DNA of 49,479 bases from Candidatus Caccovicinus merdipullorum (GTDB lineage: Bacteria; Bacillota; Clostridia; Lachnospirales; Lachnospiraceae). How positions within the stretch are numbered: the stretch's first letter is position 1; each line of letters opens with the position of its first letter. Positions 30,754 to 41,918 of the stretch are shown piece after piece. Below the pieces are notes generated by a model. That model did no database searches, was not told where the DNA came from, and saw nothing but the letters and a program-made list of their open reading frames with translations. The DNA lies in assembly GCA_018715905.1 (NCBI GenBank), contig DVKS01000164.1:1-49479 (forward strand), read 5' to 3'. Made by a program: the position numbers and the translations under genes.

Positions 30754-32277
30754 TTACAGCGCCGCCAGTTCCTTGTACCTCTCCTTTAAATCCCCGTACA
30801 GCTTCTTATATAAGGCATGATACTTTTTATAAGTTTTGGCATCCTCTGCATTGGGGCCGGTCGCCTTATCCGGGGAAATCAGCGCCTCGCAGGCAGCCTC
30901 CACACTTTCGTAGATGCCGCAGCCCACGCCGGCCAAAATCGCCACGCCCAATGCCGGACCCTCCGACTGGACCACGGTCTTTACCGGACAGCCATACAGA
31001 TCGGCCAGCATCTGCCGCCAGATGGGGCTCCTTCCGCCGCCGCCGCAGGCCATCATCTGGTCTACCTTCACGCCCATCTCTTCCAGAATATCGTTGCAGT
31101 CTGCCAGAGAATAGGAAACCCCCTCCATGACTGCCCGCAGAAGATGAGCCTTTGTATGCATCGCCGACAGGCCGAAGAACACGCCTCTGCAGTCCGGATC
31201 CAGATGAGGCGTACGCTCGCCCATCAGATAAGGCAGATAAATAAGCCGCTCACTTCCTGCCGGAATCTCTGCCACATCCCGGTTGATCAGGTCATAGGAA
31301 TCTACGCCCTGCTTCTTCGCTTCTTCCACATAATCCTGGCAGAACTGGTCCCGGAACCACTTTAAGGAAAGACCGGCCCCCTGGGTCACGCCCATCACAT
31401 GCCATGCCCCGGGCACTGCGCAGCAGCAGGTATGAACCCGTCCCTTGGGGTCAATGGTCACCTGGCTGCTGTGGGCAAATACCACGCCGGAAGTTCCGAT
31501 GGTGGTAAATGCCGTTCCATCCTTCACAACGCCGGTTCCTACGGCCGCCGCCGCATTGTCCCCGGCACCGCCTACCACTGCAGTCTCAGAAGAAAGGCCG
31601 GTAGCTTCAGCAATCTCCGGGAGGAGATGTCCCGTCACCTGGCAGGATTCATATACCGTACCCAGCCACTCCTCCGGGATGGAAAGCTTCTCCAGCACTT
31701 CTTTCGACCAGCACCGCCCCGGCACATCCAGAAGCTGCATGCCGCTGGCGTCAGACACTTCCGTGGCAAATACGCCGGTCAGCACATACCGGATGTAATC
31801 CTTGGGCAGAAGGATATGGCGGCATCTGGAATAATTTTCCGGTTCATTCTTCCGCACCCAGAGGATCTTTGCCGCAGTCCATCCGGTGAGAGGCGGATTT
31901 GCCGTAATCGCAATCCACCGCTCCCTTGGCATAATGGAAAGCATGTCCTCCACCTCTGCCCCGGTCCGCTGATCGCACCAGATAATGGAGGGACGAATCA
32001 CCTGGCCCTTCTCGTCCAGCATTACCAGGCCGTGCATCTGGCCGGAAATTCCGATTCCCTTAATGTCTTTGCTGTCTGCGCCGGACTCCTCCCTTACCTT
32101 AGAAAGGGTTTCCAGCACGGCATCCCGCCAGTCCTCCGGCTTCTGCTCCGCCCAGCCGTTTTGGGGCTGATACATGGGATACTCCCGTGAAGCCGATGCA
32201 ACCACCCTTCCGGTCTCGTCAAAAAGCACCGTCTTTGTGGCCGATGTCCCCACATCAATCCCGATCAAATAATTCAT
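30754..32277 (-). CDS. xylB: Xylulokinase (FGGY family)
   Basis: GIDVGTS, SGQMHG, LLPKDY, SDASG, GAGDNAAAA and GERTPH motifs; ATG 32277 after AGGAGG. Confidence 0.9.
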   Translation of the reverse strand: MNYLIGIDVGTSATKTVLFDETGRVVASASREYPMYQPQNGWAEQKPEDWRDAVLETLSKVREESGADSKDIKGIGISGQMHGLVMLDEKGQVIRPSIIWCDQRTGAEVEDMLSIMPRERWIAITANPPLTGWTAAKILWVRKNEPENYSRCRHILLPKDYIRYVLTGVFATEVSDASGMQLLDVPGRCWSKEVLEKLSIPEEWLGTVYESCQVTGHLLPEIAEATGLSSETAVVGGAGDNAAAAVGTGVVKDGTAFTTIGTSGVVFAHSSQVTIDPKGRVHTCCCAVPGAWHVMGVTQGAGLSLKWFRDQFCQDYVEEAKKQGVDSYDLINRDVAEIPAGSERLIYLPYLMGERTPHLDPDCRGVFFGLSAMHTKAHLLRAVMEGVSYSLADCNDILEEMGVKVDQMMACGGGGRSPIWRQMLADLYGCPVKTVVQSEGPALGVAILAGVGCGIYESVEAACEALISPDKATGPNAEDAKTYKKYHALYKKLYGDLKERYKELAAL

Positions 32278-32425
32278 TCTGCTACCTCCTCCTGGCATTC
32301 CCGGTCCGCCAAAGCGCGTATTCCCCTTCGCTCACTGCGAACCGGCACCGGTATAATGACTGCTCTGCCACCATTATACCATGCCCCATAACTACTTTCA
32401 ATTTTCCTGGTTTTGATTATAGTAT

Positions 32426-32484
32426 AAAAGTGCAAAAAAAACGTGCTGTTAATTGTCATATTAACAGCACTTTCTTGCACTTTT
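32426..32484. promoter_or_regulatory. Long imperfect inverted repeat between the AraC gene and xylB (terminator and/or operator)
   Basis: AAAAGTGCAA..GTGCTGTTAAT-tgtcat-ATTAACAGCAC..TTGCACTTTT. Confidence 0.55.
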
Positions 32485-32546
32485 TCTTTTTTGTTCCCTT
32501 GGTGATATGGGTATCATGTATTCTCATATGTCATTGGACTGTGTTC

Positions 32547-33389
32547 TCATTTGCTTTGAATACCCTGCCCCGCCAGATTCTTCCGATACACACTGGGCAG
32601 GCATCCATACCTCTTCTTAAAGGCTTTGGCAAACGCTCTCCCGTCGGGAAAACCGTGGTCCATGGCAATATCCCCGATCTCCCGATCGGTGTTAATTAGT
32701 TCCCGCACCGCATATTTTACCCGCAGATCGATCAGATACGTCCGGTAATTTACCTGGGCGTATTTCTGGAAGATCCGCGACAGATAGGTAGGAGAAAAAC
32801 CAAACCGGTCTGCCACTTCTTCCAGGCGGATGTCCTCCCGGTAGTGGCTCTTCATAAATGCCGTCACCTGGGAAAGTTTGTCTAACTGCCGGCGCCGGCG
32901 CACCACCTCCGCATCCAGCTTTTCCTCCTTAAACTCTGTTACCAGAAGATACAAAAGCTGGTAAAATTCTCCCTTGACCCGCAGAAGGTACCCGTACTTT
33001 TTCTCCTCGTAAGCCTGAAACATATCCGTCACCAGTTCCACCAGACGCGCCCTGGCCTCTTCGCTTCCCCGGCCGAAGTTAATATACGGCGCTTCCTCCC
33101 GGTAATTTTCAAAAGCCTCCGCAGGAATCTGCAGAACGATGGTCAGATTCGGATCCGGGCAGTCTATGGAATGAATCTCATTGGCATTGACGATGACAAA
33201 GTCCTGCTCGCTTAAAGAAAAATACCGGGAATTAATATAAAATCCGATGGTTCCCTCCAGAACCAGAAAAAGCTCCACCGACTGATGCCAGTGCTTGGTC
33301 ACCCTGTAATTCCCGTCTTTTCCTTCAAAGATAAACATCCGAAAAGGCAGCCCTTCATTGGGCATTACCACCTCATAGCGAAAATCCAT
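32547..33389 (-). CDS. AraC-family transcriptional regulator
   Basis: N-terminal cupin HWHQSVELF..VNANEIH; C-terminal HTH YLSRIF...IAMDHGF...FKKRYGCLPSVYR. Confidence 0.9.
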   Translation of the reverse strand: MDFRYEVVMPNEGLPFRMFIFEGKDGNYRVTKHWHQSVELFLVLEGTIGFYINSRYFSLSEQDFVIVNANEIHSIDCPDPNLTIVLQIPAEAFENYREEAPYINFGRGSEEARARLVELVTDMFQAYEEKKYGYLLRVKGEFYQLLYLLVTEFKEEKLDAEVVRRRRQLDKLSQVTAFMKSHYREDIRLEEVADRFGFSPTYLSRIFQKYAQVNYRTYLIDLRVKYAVRELINTDREIGDIAMDHGFPDGRAFAKAFKKRYGCLPSVYRKNLAGQGIQSK

Positions 33390-33420
33390 ATCCCTATCCC
33401 TGCTTTCTCATTCGTATTGC

Positions 33421-33489
33421 TGTGAAAATCCGCCCGCCGGCGCATGATGGTTTACCGTGAATATCCTCCGCCGGCAGATGATGACTGCT
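33421..33489 (+). repeat. Two tandem ~35-bp units containing the right end of repeat A (A6), forming the atpC2 tail and stop codon
   Basis: tgtgaaaatccgcccgccggcgcatgatggtttac followed by cgtgaatatcctccgccggcagatgatgactgc. Confidence 0.7.
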
Positions 33490-33766
33490 TTTTAATTTCC
33501 TCAGGCCATTCCGCCGCTTCTGCCAGTATGGTCACCGTCTCCGGCAGGATCTGAATGAAACCAGCCATCAGCGACGCCTCTCTCACTTTATCCTGCCAGT
33601 GGATTTTCAGAATGCCTGGTGAAACCACCGCGGCAGTCGGAACATGCCCGGCATAAATTCCGATCTGCCCTTCTGTGGTCACAAGTTCCGCCATCTTTAC
33701 TGGCTCATCGCAAAAGACCCGCTCCGGCGTGACCACCCGAAGAGTAAAAAGTTCTGCCATGGCCAT
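33452..33766 (-). CDS. atpC: ATP synthase F1 epsilon (operon 2), lacking the C-terminal helical domain
   Basis: LRVVTPER, GQIGIYAGHVP and AEAAEWPEEI, then an unrelated 13-aa tail; 104 aa in total. Confidence 0.85.
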   Translation of the reverse strand: MAMAELFTLRVVTPERVFCDEPVKMAELVTTEGQIGIYAGHVPTAAVVSPGILKIHWQDKVREASLMAGFIQILPETVTILAEAAEWPEEIKKQSSSAGGGYSR

Positions 33767-33771
33767 CCCTC

Positions 33772-35199
<1,428 letters not shown>

Positions 35200-35218
35200 T
35201 TACCGGACCAATGCTTCC

Positions 35219-36079
35219 TTAGCCGATGGCATTGGCCCCGGCAACGATTTCCGTCAGTTCCTGGGTAATGGCATTCTGGCGGGCCTGGTTATACTGAAGC
35301 GTCAGCATTCCCATCATCTCCCGGGCATTGTTTGACGCAGAATCCATGGCCGTCATGCGGGCTCCGTTTTCACTGGCCGCCGCCTCAAGAAGCCCTCCGT
35401 AAATCATTCCGCTTATATATTGGGGAATCAGCGCATCCAGCACCTGATCTTCATCCGGCTCATAATTTATCGGCGCTGTCTGCTGCCGAAAATCCCTTTC
35501 TTCTGCCGGTTCATCCACAGGCAGAAGCCGGATCAGCTTCGGCACATGGACCGCCGTATTTTTAAAAAACGTACAGGCCAGATAGATTTCTCCCACCTCT
35601 CCTCTGGAAAATGCATCCAGCATCTCATAAGCCATGCGGGAAGCTTCCTCATAAGAAGGCTGATCTATCGCCTTCGAATAATCTGCCTTTACGGTATACC
35701 CCTTCCCAGCCAGGCTCTCCAAGCCCTTTCGCCCTGCAGCATATATATCCGTATCTTCTGCAGAAAGCCGTTCGTCATTTAGGATCAGCCGGATCAGGTT
35801 ATTGTTATACCCGCCGGCCAGGCCTCTGTTGGACGTAACCGCCGCCACCGCTTTCCGCCCTGCAGTCTCTGTTTTTCCATACCGGCAGTCCCAATTTTCC
35901 CGCCGGCCCAGTATGGAGCAGATGATTTCATACATAAGTTTTGTATAGGCTGCCGATGCTTCCGCCCTTTCCCTAGCTTTCTGCAGTTTTGCCGTAGAAA
36001 CCAGCTTCATGGCCCTGGTAATCTGTTCTGTGCTCTCAATGCTGTCCCGTCTGCGCTTTATATCTCTCATGGATGCCAC
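35219..36079 (-). CDS. atpG: ATP synthase F1 gamma (operon 2)
   Basis: Likely GTG start at 36079 ([10 protein letters not shown]) after AGGTG; [27 protein letters not shown] and RQNAITQE motifs. Confidence 0.93.
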   Translation of the reverse strand: MASMRDIKRRRDSIESTEQITRAMKLVSTAKLQKARERAEASAAYTKLMYEIICSILGRRENWDCRYGKTETAGRKAVAAVTSNRGLAGGYNNNLIRLILNDERLSAEDTDIYAAGRKGLESLAGKGYTVKADYSKAIDQPSYEEASRMAYEMLDAFSRGEVGEIYLACTFFKNTAVHVPKLIRLLPVDEPAEERDFRQQTAPINYEPDEDQVLDALIPQYISGMIYGGLLEAAASENGARMTAMDSASNNAREMMGMLTLQYNQARQNAITQELTEIVAGANAIG

Positions 36080-37592
36080 TGCCGTCACCTGCTTTCTGCT
36101 GCCTGCACTGGGAAATCGCCCTGACCAGAAGTGCTTCCGTCTCCGGCGTTATCTCCTTCTGCTCCCGGATTGCCTGGGGAATCTCCGGATACCGCTCATC
36201 AATAAAACGAAAAAGCTCCCGCTCAAATCTCTGGATATCCGAAACCGGAATATCCAGAAGAAATCTCCCAACAGCCGCGTAAATAATAATTACCTGATAT
36301 TCCACTGGCACGGGCTGATACTGTCCCTGCTTTAACACTTCCCGGATCCGTTCTCCCTGGGCCAGCTGTTCCCTGGTACCGGCGTCCAGCTCCGAACCAA
36401 ACTGGGCAAAGGATGCCAGCTCCCGGTACTGGGCCAGCTCCATGCGTATGGGAGCCGCGATCTTTTTCATGGCCTTTGTCTGCGCTGCCCCTCCCACCCG
36501 GGATACAGACAGGCCTGCATTAACCGCCGGACGAAAGCCGGAGCGGAACATCTCCGTCTCCAGATAGATCTGCCCATCGGTAATAGAGATCACATTGGTA
36601 GGAATATAAGCAGACACATCCCCCGCCTGGGTCTCGATAATGGGCAGAGCCGTAAGGGATCCCCCGCCCAGTTCATCGGAAAGCCGCGCTGCTCTTTCCA
36701 GAAGCCTGGAATGCAGGTAAAATACATCGCCGGGATACGCTTCCCGTCCCGGCGGCCGCCGCAAAAGCAGGGAGAGGGTCCGGTAGGCCGCCGCATGCTT
36801 GCTTAAATCGTCATAAACCACCAGCACATCCCGGCCGTTTTCCATCCACTCCTCACCCATGGCACAGCCTGCGTAAGGCGCAATATACTGAAGCGCCGCC
36901 GGATCCGAGGCCGCAGATACGATAACTGTAGTATAATCCATGGCGCCGGATTCCTCCAGTATTTTTACAATGTTTGCCGCTGTAGATGCTTTCTGGCCAA
37001 TGGCCACATATATGCAGAGGACGCCCTGCCCCTTCTGGTTCATGATGGTATCAATGGCTATGGCCGTCTTTCCTGTCTGCCGGTCTCCAATGATCAGCTC
37101 CCGCTGGCCCCGTCCGATAGGAACCATGGCATCAATGGCCTTGATCCCGGTCTGGAGAGGCGTATCCACAGACTTCCGGTGGATTACGCCATGGGCCACC
37201 CGTTCGATCCGGCGGAATGTATCCGTCCGGACCGGTCCCTTTCCGTCAATGGGCTGCCCCAGAGCATTGACTACCCGCCCGATCAGCCCATCACCGGCAG
37301 GCACCTCTGCCACCCGGCCGGTGGACTTTACCAGATCTCCCTCCCGGACAGAAGAGGCATCGCCTAACAGCACTGCGCCCACATTATCCTCCTCCAGATT
37401 CTGAACCATGCCGTAAACCTCTCCCGGAAATTCCAGAAGTTCTCCCTGCATGGCATGATTCAGGCCGTGGATACGGGCAATGCCGTCCGCCGCCTGGATT
37501 ACCGTCCCCACATCTGCCGTCTCCAGTTTTGCGGAATACCCGGCTATCTGCGCCTTGATTACGGAGCTGATCTCCTCTGGTCTTAACTTCAT
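36036..37592 (-). CDS. atpA: ATP synthase F1 alpha (operon 2)
   Basis: GDRQTGKT and [22 protein letters not shown]; the C-terminus runs about 44 nt into atpG. Confidence 0.95.
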   Translation of the reverse strand: MKLRPEEISSVIKAQIAGYSAKLETADVGTVIQAADGIARIHGLNHAMQGELLEFPGEVYGMVQNLEEDNVGAVLLGDASSVREGDLVKSTGRVAEVPAGDGLIGRVVNALGQPIDGKGPVRTDTFRRIERVAHGVIHRKSVDTPLQTGIKAIDAMVPIGRGQRELIIGDRQTGKTAIAIDTIMNQKGQGVLCIYVAIGQKASTAANIVKILEESGAMDYTTVIVSAASDPAALQYIAPYAGCAMGEEWMENGRDVLVVYDDLSKHAAAYRTLSLLLRRPPGREAYPGDVFYLHSRLLERAARLSDELGGGSLTALPIIETQAGDVSAYIPTNVISITDGQIYLETEMFRSGFRPAVNAGLSVSRVGGAAQTKAMKKIAAPIRMELAQYRELASFAQFGSELDAGTREQLAQGERIREVLKQGQYQPVPVEYQVIIIYAAVGRFLLDIPVSDIQRFERELFRFIDERYPEIPQAIREQKEITPETEALLVRAISQCRQQKAGDGSGIHERYKAQTGQH

Positions 37593-37616
37593 CTCTGTCT
37601 TTTCCCTCCTTTCCAG

Positions 37617-38162
37617 TCAGTCAAGCCGGATTTGCTGAAGAGATTGTTCCAGCCTGCAAAGCTGGGTCCGGATGCTGGAATCCGCCACCCGATCCCCCAC
37701 GCGGATCACCATACCGCCGATCAGCGAAGGATCCACCGCAAAATGCATTTGAAATTCCTTCCATGAAGTGGATGCCAGAAGCTTCCCCCTGACCTGTTCC
37801 TTCTGCTCCATGGTCAGTTCCGCCGCACTGATCACCCAGGCGGTCCCTGTCTTTTTCTCTTCCATGACCCGTTCCAGAAACGCATCCAGGATATCCGGAA
37901 CCGCTTTCTGCCTTCCTTTATGCAGAATAACAAGAAGAAACTCCATCATCTCCGGAGAAACCCTCTCTTCAAAGATTCCTTTTAATACCGATACTTTTTC
38001 TTCTTCCGTTACATTGGGATTTTCCAGGAAAGCAGGAAGCTCCGGATTCGCCTTCCAGATTTCCCCCAAGACTTCGGCCTCCCTGGTCAGACAGTCTGTC
38101 TTATTCTTTTCCCGGGCCGCTTCCATCAGCGCGTCCCCGTATATTCTGTTCACAGTTCCCAT
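37617..38162 (-). CDS. atpH: ATP synthase F1 delta (operon 2)
   Basis: RIYGDAL, FLENP and VDPSLIGGMVIRVGDRVADSSI motifs. Confidence 0.9.
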   Translation of the reverse strand: MGTVNRIYGDALMEAAREKNKTDCLTREAEVLGEIWKANPELPAFLENPNVTEEEKVSVLKGIFEERVSPEMMEFLLVILHKGRQKAVPDILDAFLERVMEEKKTGTAWVISAAELTMEQKEQVRGKLLASTSWKEFQMHFAVDPSLIGGMVIRVGDRVADSSIRTQLCRLEQSLQQIRLD

Positions 38163-38674
38163 GTACTCTCATCAATCTCCTTAAGCGTCTCTTCGATCAG
38201 ACGGTTCTGCGCCTCTGTATTCATAGCGGCTGCCACGGCCCTGCCGGCCATCAGCGAAGCTATGGAAATCATCTCCTGCTTCATTTCATCCATGGCCTTC
38301 TGCTTTTCCAGCTCCATCTCCCGGTCTGCCCTCTTAAGGATTCCGGCCGCCTCTCTTCTGGCTTCCTCCAGAATACGTGCCTCCCGGATCCTTGCCTTCT
38401 TTCCCGCCTCTGTCAGAATGGCATCTGCCTCTTTCTGAATTTCCCGCAGACGCTTTTCATATTCTTCCTTTAATTCTCTGCCCGCCCTCTGATTATCCGC
38501 CGCCTCTGCCAGCTGGCCGGCGATTTTCTGCCGCCGCTTCTCCAGAAACTCCTGGACCGGATTAAACAAAAAATAAGACAGAATAAAGAACAGAATAAAA
38601 ACGTTGATCCCGGTCAGCACCATATCGTGAACCAGCTGCCAGTCAAATCCGATAATCCTTGAAAATTCTTCCAA
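38150..38674 (-). CDS. atpF: ATP synthase Fo b subunit (operon 2)
   Basis: TTG start at 38674 after AAAGGAGG; TM segment INVFILFFILSYFLFNP followed by a coiled coil. Confidence 0.88.
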   Translation of the reverse strand: MEEFSRIIGFDWQLVHDMVLTGINVFILFFILSYFLFNPVQEFLEKRRQKIAGQLAEAADNQRAGRELKEEYEKRLREIQKEADAILTEAGKKARIREARILEEARREAAGILKRADREMELEKQKAMDEMKQEMISIASLMAGRAVAAAMNTEAQNRLIEETLKEIDESTWEL

Positions 38675-38690
38675 AATCCCGCCTCCTTTC

Positions 38691-38894
38691 CCGGCCGACG
38701 CACCAGCCATCCCGCAAAAGTCTGGCGGCGCATTTGGCATCCCTGAATACATGCCGCCTATCCGGCGGCAGGACTTTCAAAGTAAACCTTCATGCGCCGG
38801 CGGGCGGCGTTCCAGCCATCCCATGAAAGTCTGGCGGCGCATTTGGCATCCCTGAATACATGCCGCCTATCCGGCGGCAGGACTTTCAAAGTAA
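38691..38894 (-). repeat. Repeat family A, head-to-tail tandem pair (A4 full, A3 3'-truncated; period 109 bp)
   Basis: GTAA at 38782-38785 and 38891-38894; the block TCTGGCGGCGCATTTGGCATCCCTGAATACATGCCGCCTATCCGGCGGCAGGACTTTCAAAGTAA occurs twice. Confidence 0.92.
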
Positions 38895-38897
38895 TAC

Positions 38898-40063
<1,166 letters not shown>

Positions 40064-40103
40064 ACCTGCACCTCCTCTTCTCCAGATGATCTTCCCCGTT
40101 TCA

Positions 40104-40568
40104 TCAAAGCGATCCGTCCCTGTCCGGGCAGGGACGCTGCCGGAATCCGACAAGACGCGTCACCGGCGCGTCTTCCTGGATACTTCGAAATAAAACCGGC
40201 TGCAGGTAGGCGCCAGCTTTCAGTCCCATAACCCCCAGAACCGTTCCCAGCGCATTCACCTGAGGAACTTTCCACAGAATCAGGGCAATGATCCCAAAGA
40301 AAATCAGTTTTCGAAGGACCGAATGAAATGCCGCTGTTTTTTCGGCAGATACCTGATCTTCACTTTTCAGCACCTTCTCTGTTACCGCAGCCATATGGAT
40401 CAGCATAAGTTCCCCCAGCACCGCCCCCATAAGAACGCCCAAAAGCACAGAGGACCGCATCCAGCCAAAAACCGGTGCCAGAATCCATCCCCCTGCCGCA
40501 AGGAGAAAATTCCATATAAGAAACCCCGCAGATATCTGCCCTGTCAGTTCCCTTGTCTTACTGGTCAT
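40104..40568 (-). CDS. atpI: ATP synthase subunit I (AtpI/UncI-like membrane protein)
   Basis: Four hydrophobic segments, VNALGTVLGVMGLKAGAYLQP, and position upstream of atpB. Confidence 0.7.
   Translation of the reverse strand: MTSKTRELTGQISAGFLIWNFLLAAGGWILAPVFGWMRSSVLLGVLMGAVLGELMLIHMAAVTEKVLKSEDQVSAEKTAAFHSVLRKLIFFGIIALILWKVPQVNALGTVLGVMGLKAGAYLQPVLFRSIQEDAPVTRLVGFRQRPCPDRDGSL
40144..40187 (+). repeat. Repeat family B module a, inside the atpI 3' end
   Basis: AATCCGACAAGACGCGTCACCGGCGCGTCTTCCTGGATACTTCG, 42/44 identical to 25364-25407. Confidence 0.85.
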
Positions 40569-40821
40569 GCTCTCTGCTCCCGCCTTCCATCTCCTGCCGC
40601 TCATCCCGCTCCCCGGCCTCCAGCGTCATTTTTATGGTCTGCCAGCCGCAGCGGCAGCCTGCCAGAACGCCGATGATCACCAGCGGCAGAATTATATTCG
40701 TCTTAAGATGAGTGTCTGCCCAAAGGCCGATAAATATACATAAAAAAACAGGTGTCATCACGCTGATACCAAGCTGGCTTACCATAACAAGATTTCGGAA
40801 CACCTGCTTTTTGTATCTCAT
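40558..40821 (-). CDS. AtpZ/AtpI-family small two-TM protein
   Basis: MRYKK..SQLGISVMTPVFLCIFIGLWAD...IIGVLAG; first gene of atp operon 2. Confidence 0.75.
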   Translation of the reverse strand: MRYKKQVFRNLVMVSQLGISVMTPVFLCIFIGLWADTHLKTNIILPLVIIGVLAGCRCGWQTIKMTLEAGERDERQEMEGGSREHDQ

Positions 40822-40842
40822 GATTCCACCTGCTTTCCACAT

Positions 40843-40884
40843 TCAAAAACCCCGCAGCCGCACTGCGGGATTTTTGACTCCCGC
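40843..40884 (+). repeat. Repeat family B hairpin b (degenerate)
   Basis: TCAAAAACCCCGCAG-CCGCA-CTGCGGGATTTTTGAC-TCCCGC. Confidence 0.7.
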
Positions 40885-40987
40885 ACTGCATAGTATGAAC
40901 CACTTTCCGGTTATTATCCCTTTTTCGCATGCATCTGCCGTTGTTTATTGTTTTATGGTGTTTTCTGATACTTTTTCTGTTTAGGAT

Positions 40988-41902
40988 CTATTCTTCCCCG
41001 GCTTCTTTCGCCGGGGCGGTTCCCTCTTTTTCTGCTGCGGCCGCATCTTCTGTTCCGGCCATTTCTTCTGTATCTGCCTCCTCTTCGATCTTCTTTGCCA
41101 CCACGATCAGGCGGCCGTCCTGGTGGGTATATTCACAGGTGATCAGGCTCAAAAGATGATCGCCCCACTGTGCATCCACTCCGGTATCATAAACCGACTG
41201 TTCCTTTATATAAGAAACATAGCTGTTAAACGCTTCTTCATTGCCGGCAGATATCCAGGTATAAAGGGGATTGTCCTGGTCCACTGCACTCATGGTGAAA
41301 ACTGCCATCACCTGATAATCCCCATAGGAATCCAGCGTATCAAACTGTACAATGGGGTGCTCTTCGTAAAAGCTTTTATCCAGATATCCGTCCAGAGCGG
41401 CAAACATACTTCCGTTTTTCATATGGTGCCCATAAACCAGAATATTGGGGCAGTTCTGGGTCAGATCACATTCTTCCGCCACATACGGCGCGCCGTAAGC
41501 ACTTCTGTTTTTGTCAAAATCATGGGTCAGATAGAAGTTGGGACTGTCCAGACTCTGCAATACCGGATAGTCGATCTTGGTTCCCTCGATTTTAACCCAG
41601 CCTACCATATCTGAATTTAGTTCTTTTACTTTCTGGTAACCTGCCAGCCTGGCCTCCCTGGCTGCCCGGATTTCTTCGGGCGTTGGAATATGCTCCTGGG
41701 TTTCTTCCTCTTCTCCATCGTCAGCAGCAGAAGGCGCTTCTGTTTCCAGCTGCTCCGTTACCAGACTGGACAAATCCTCCAGGCGGCTGTCATTCTTTTT
41801 TTGTGCTGCAATTTTCTGGACCAGCATGCAGCCGCTTCCCACAAATACCAGGATGCACAGTGCAAACAGCACATCATACAGTCTTTTTCTGCCCTTTTTC
41901 AT
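40988..41902 (-). CDS. srtB: Class B sortase
   Basis: N-terminal TM anchor; IDYPVLQ, YGHHMKNGSMF (His), LITCEY (Cys) and DGRL (Arg). Confidence 0.9.
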   Translation of the reverse strand: MKKGRKRLYDVLFALCILVFVGSGCMLVQKIAAQKKNDSRLEDLSSLVTEQLETEAPSAADDGEEEETQEHIPTPEEIRAAREARLAGYQKVKELNSDMVGWVKIEGTKIDYPVLQSLDSPNFYLTHDFDKNRSAYGAPYVAEECDLTQNCPNILVYGHHMKNGSMFAALDGYLDKSFYEEHPIVQFDTLDSYGDYQVMAVFTMSAVDQDNPLYTWISAGNEEAFNSYVSYIKEQSVYDTGVDAQWGDHLLSLITCEYTHQDGRLIVVAKKIEEEADTEEMAGTEDAAAAEKEGTAPAKEAGEE

Positions 41903-41918
41903 AATTATGTTCTCCTCT

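Noticed and set aside
38691-38894. Tandem repeats considered as a CRISPR array
   Set aside because: Two contiguous 109-bp units with no unique spacers and no cas genes; copies are dispersed elsewhere.
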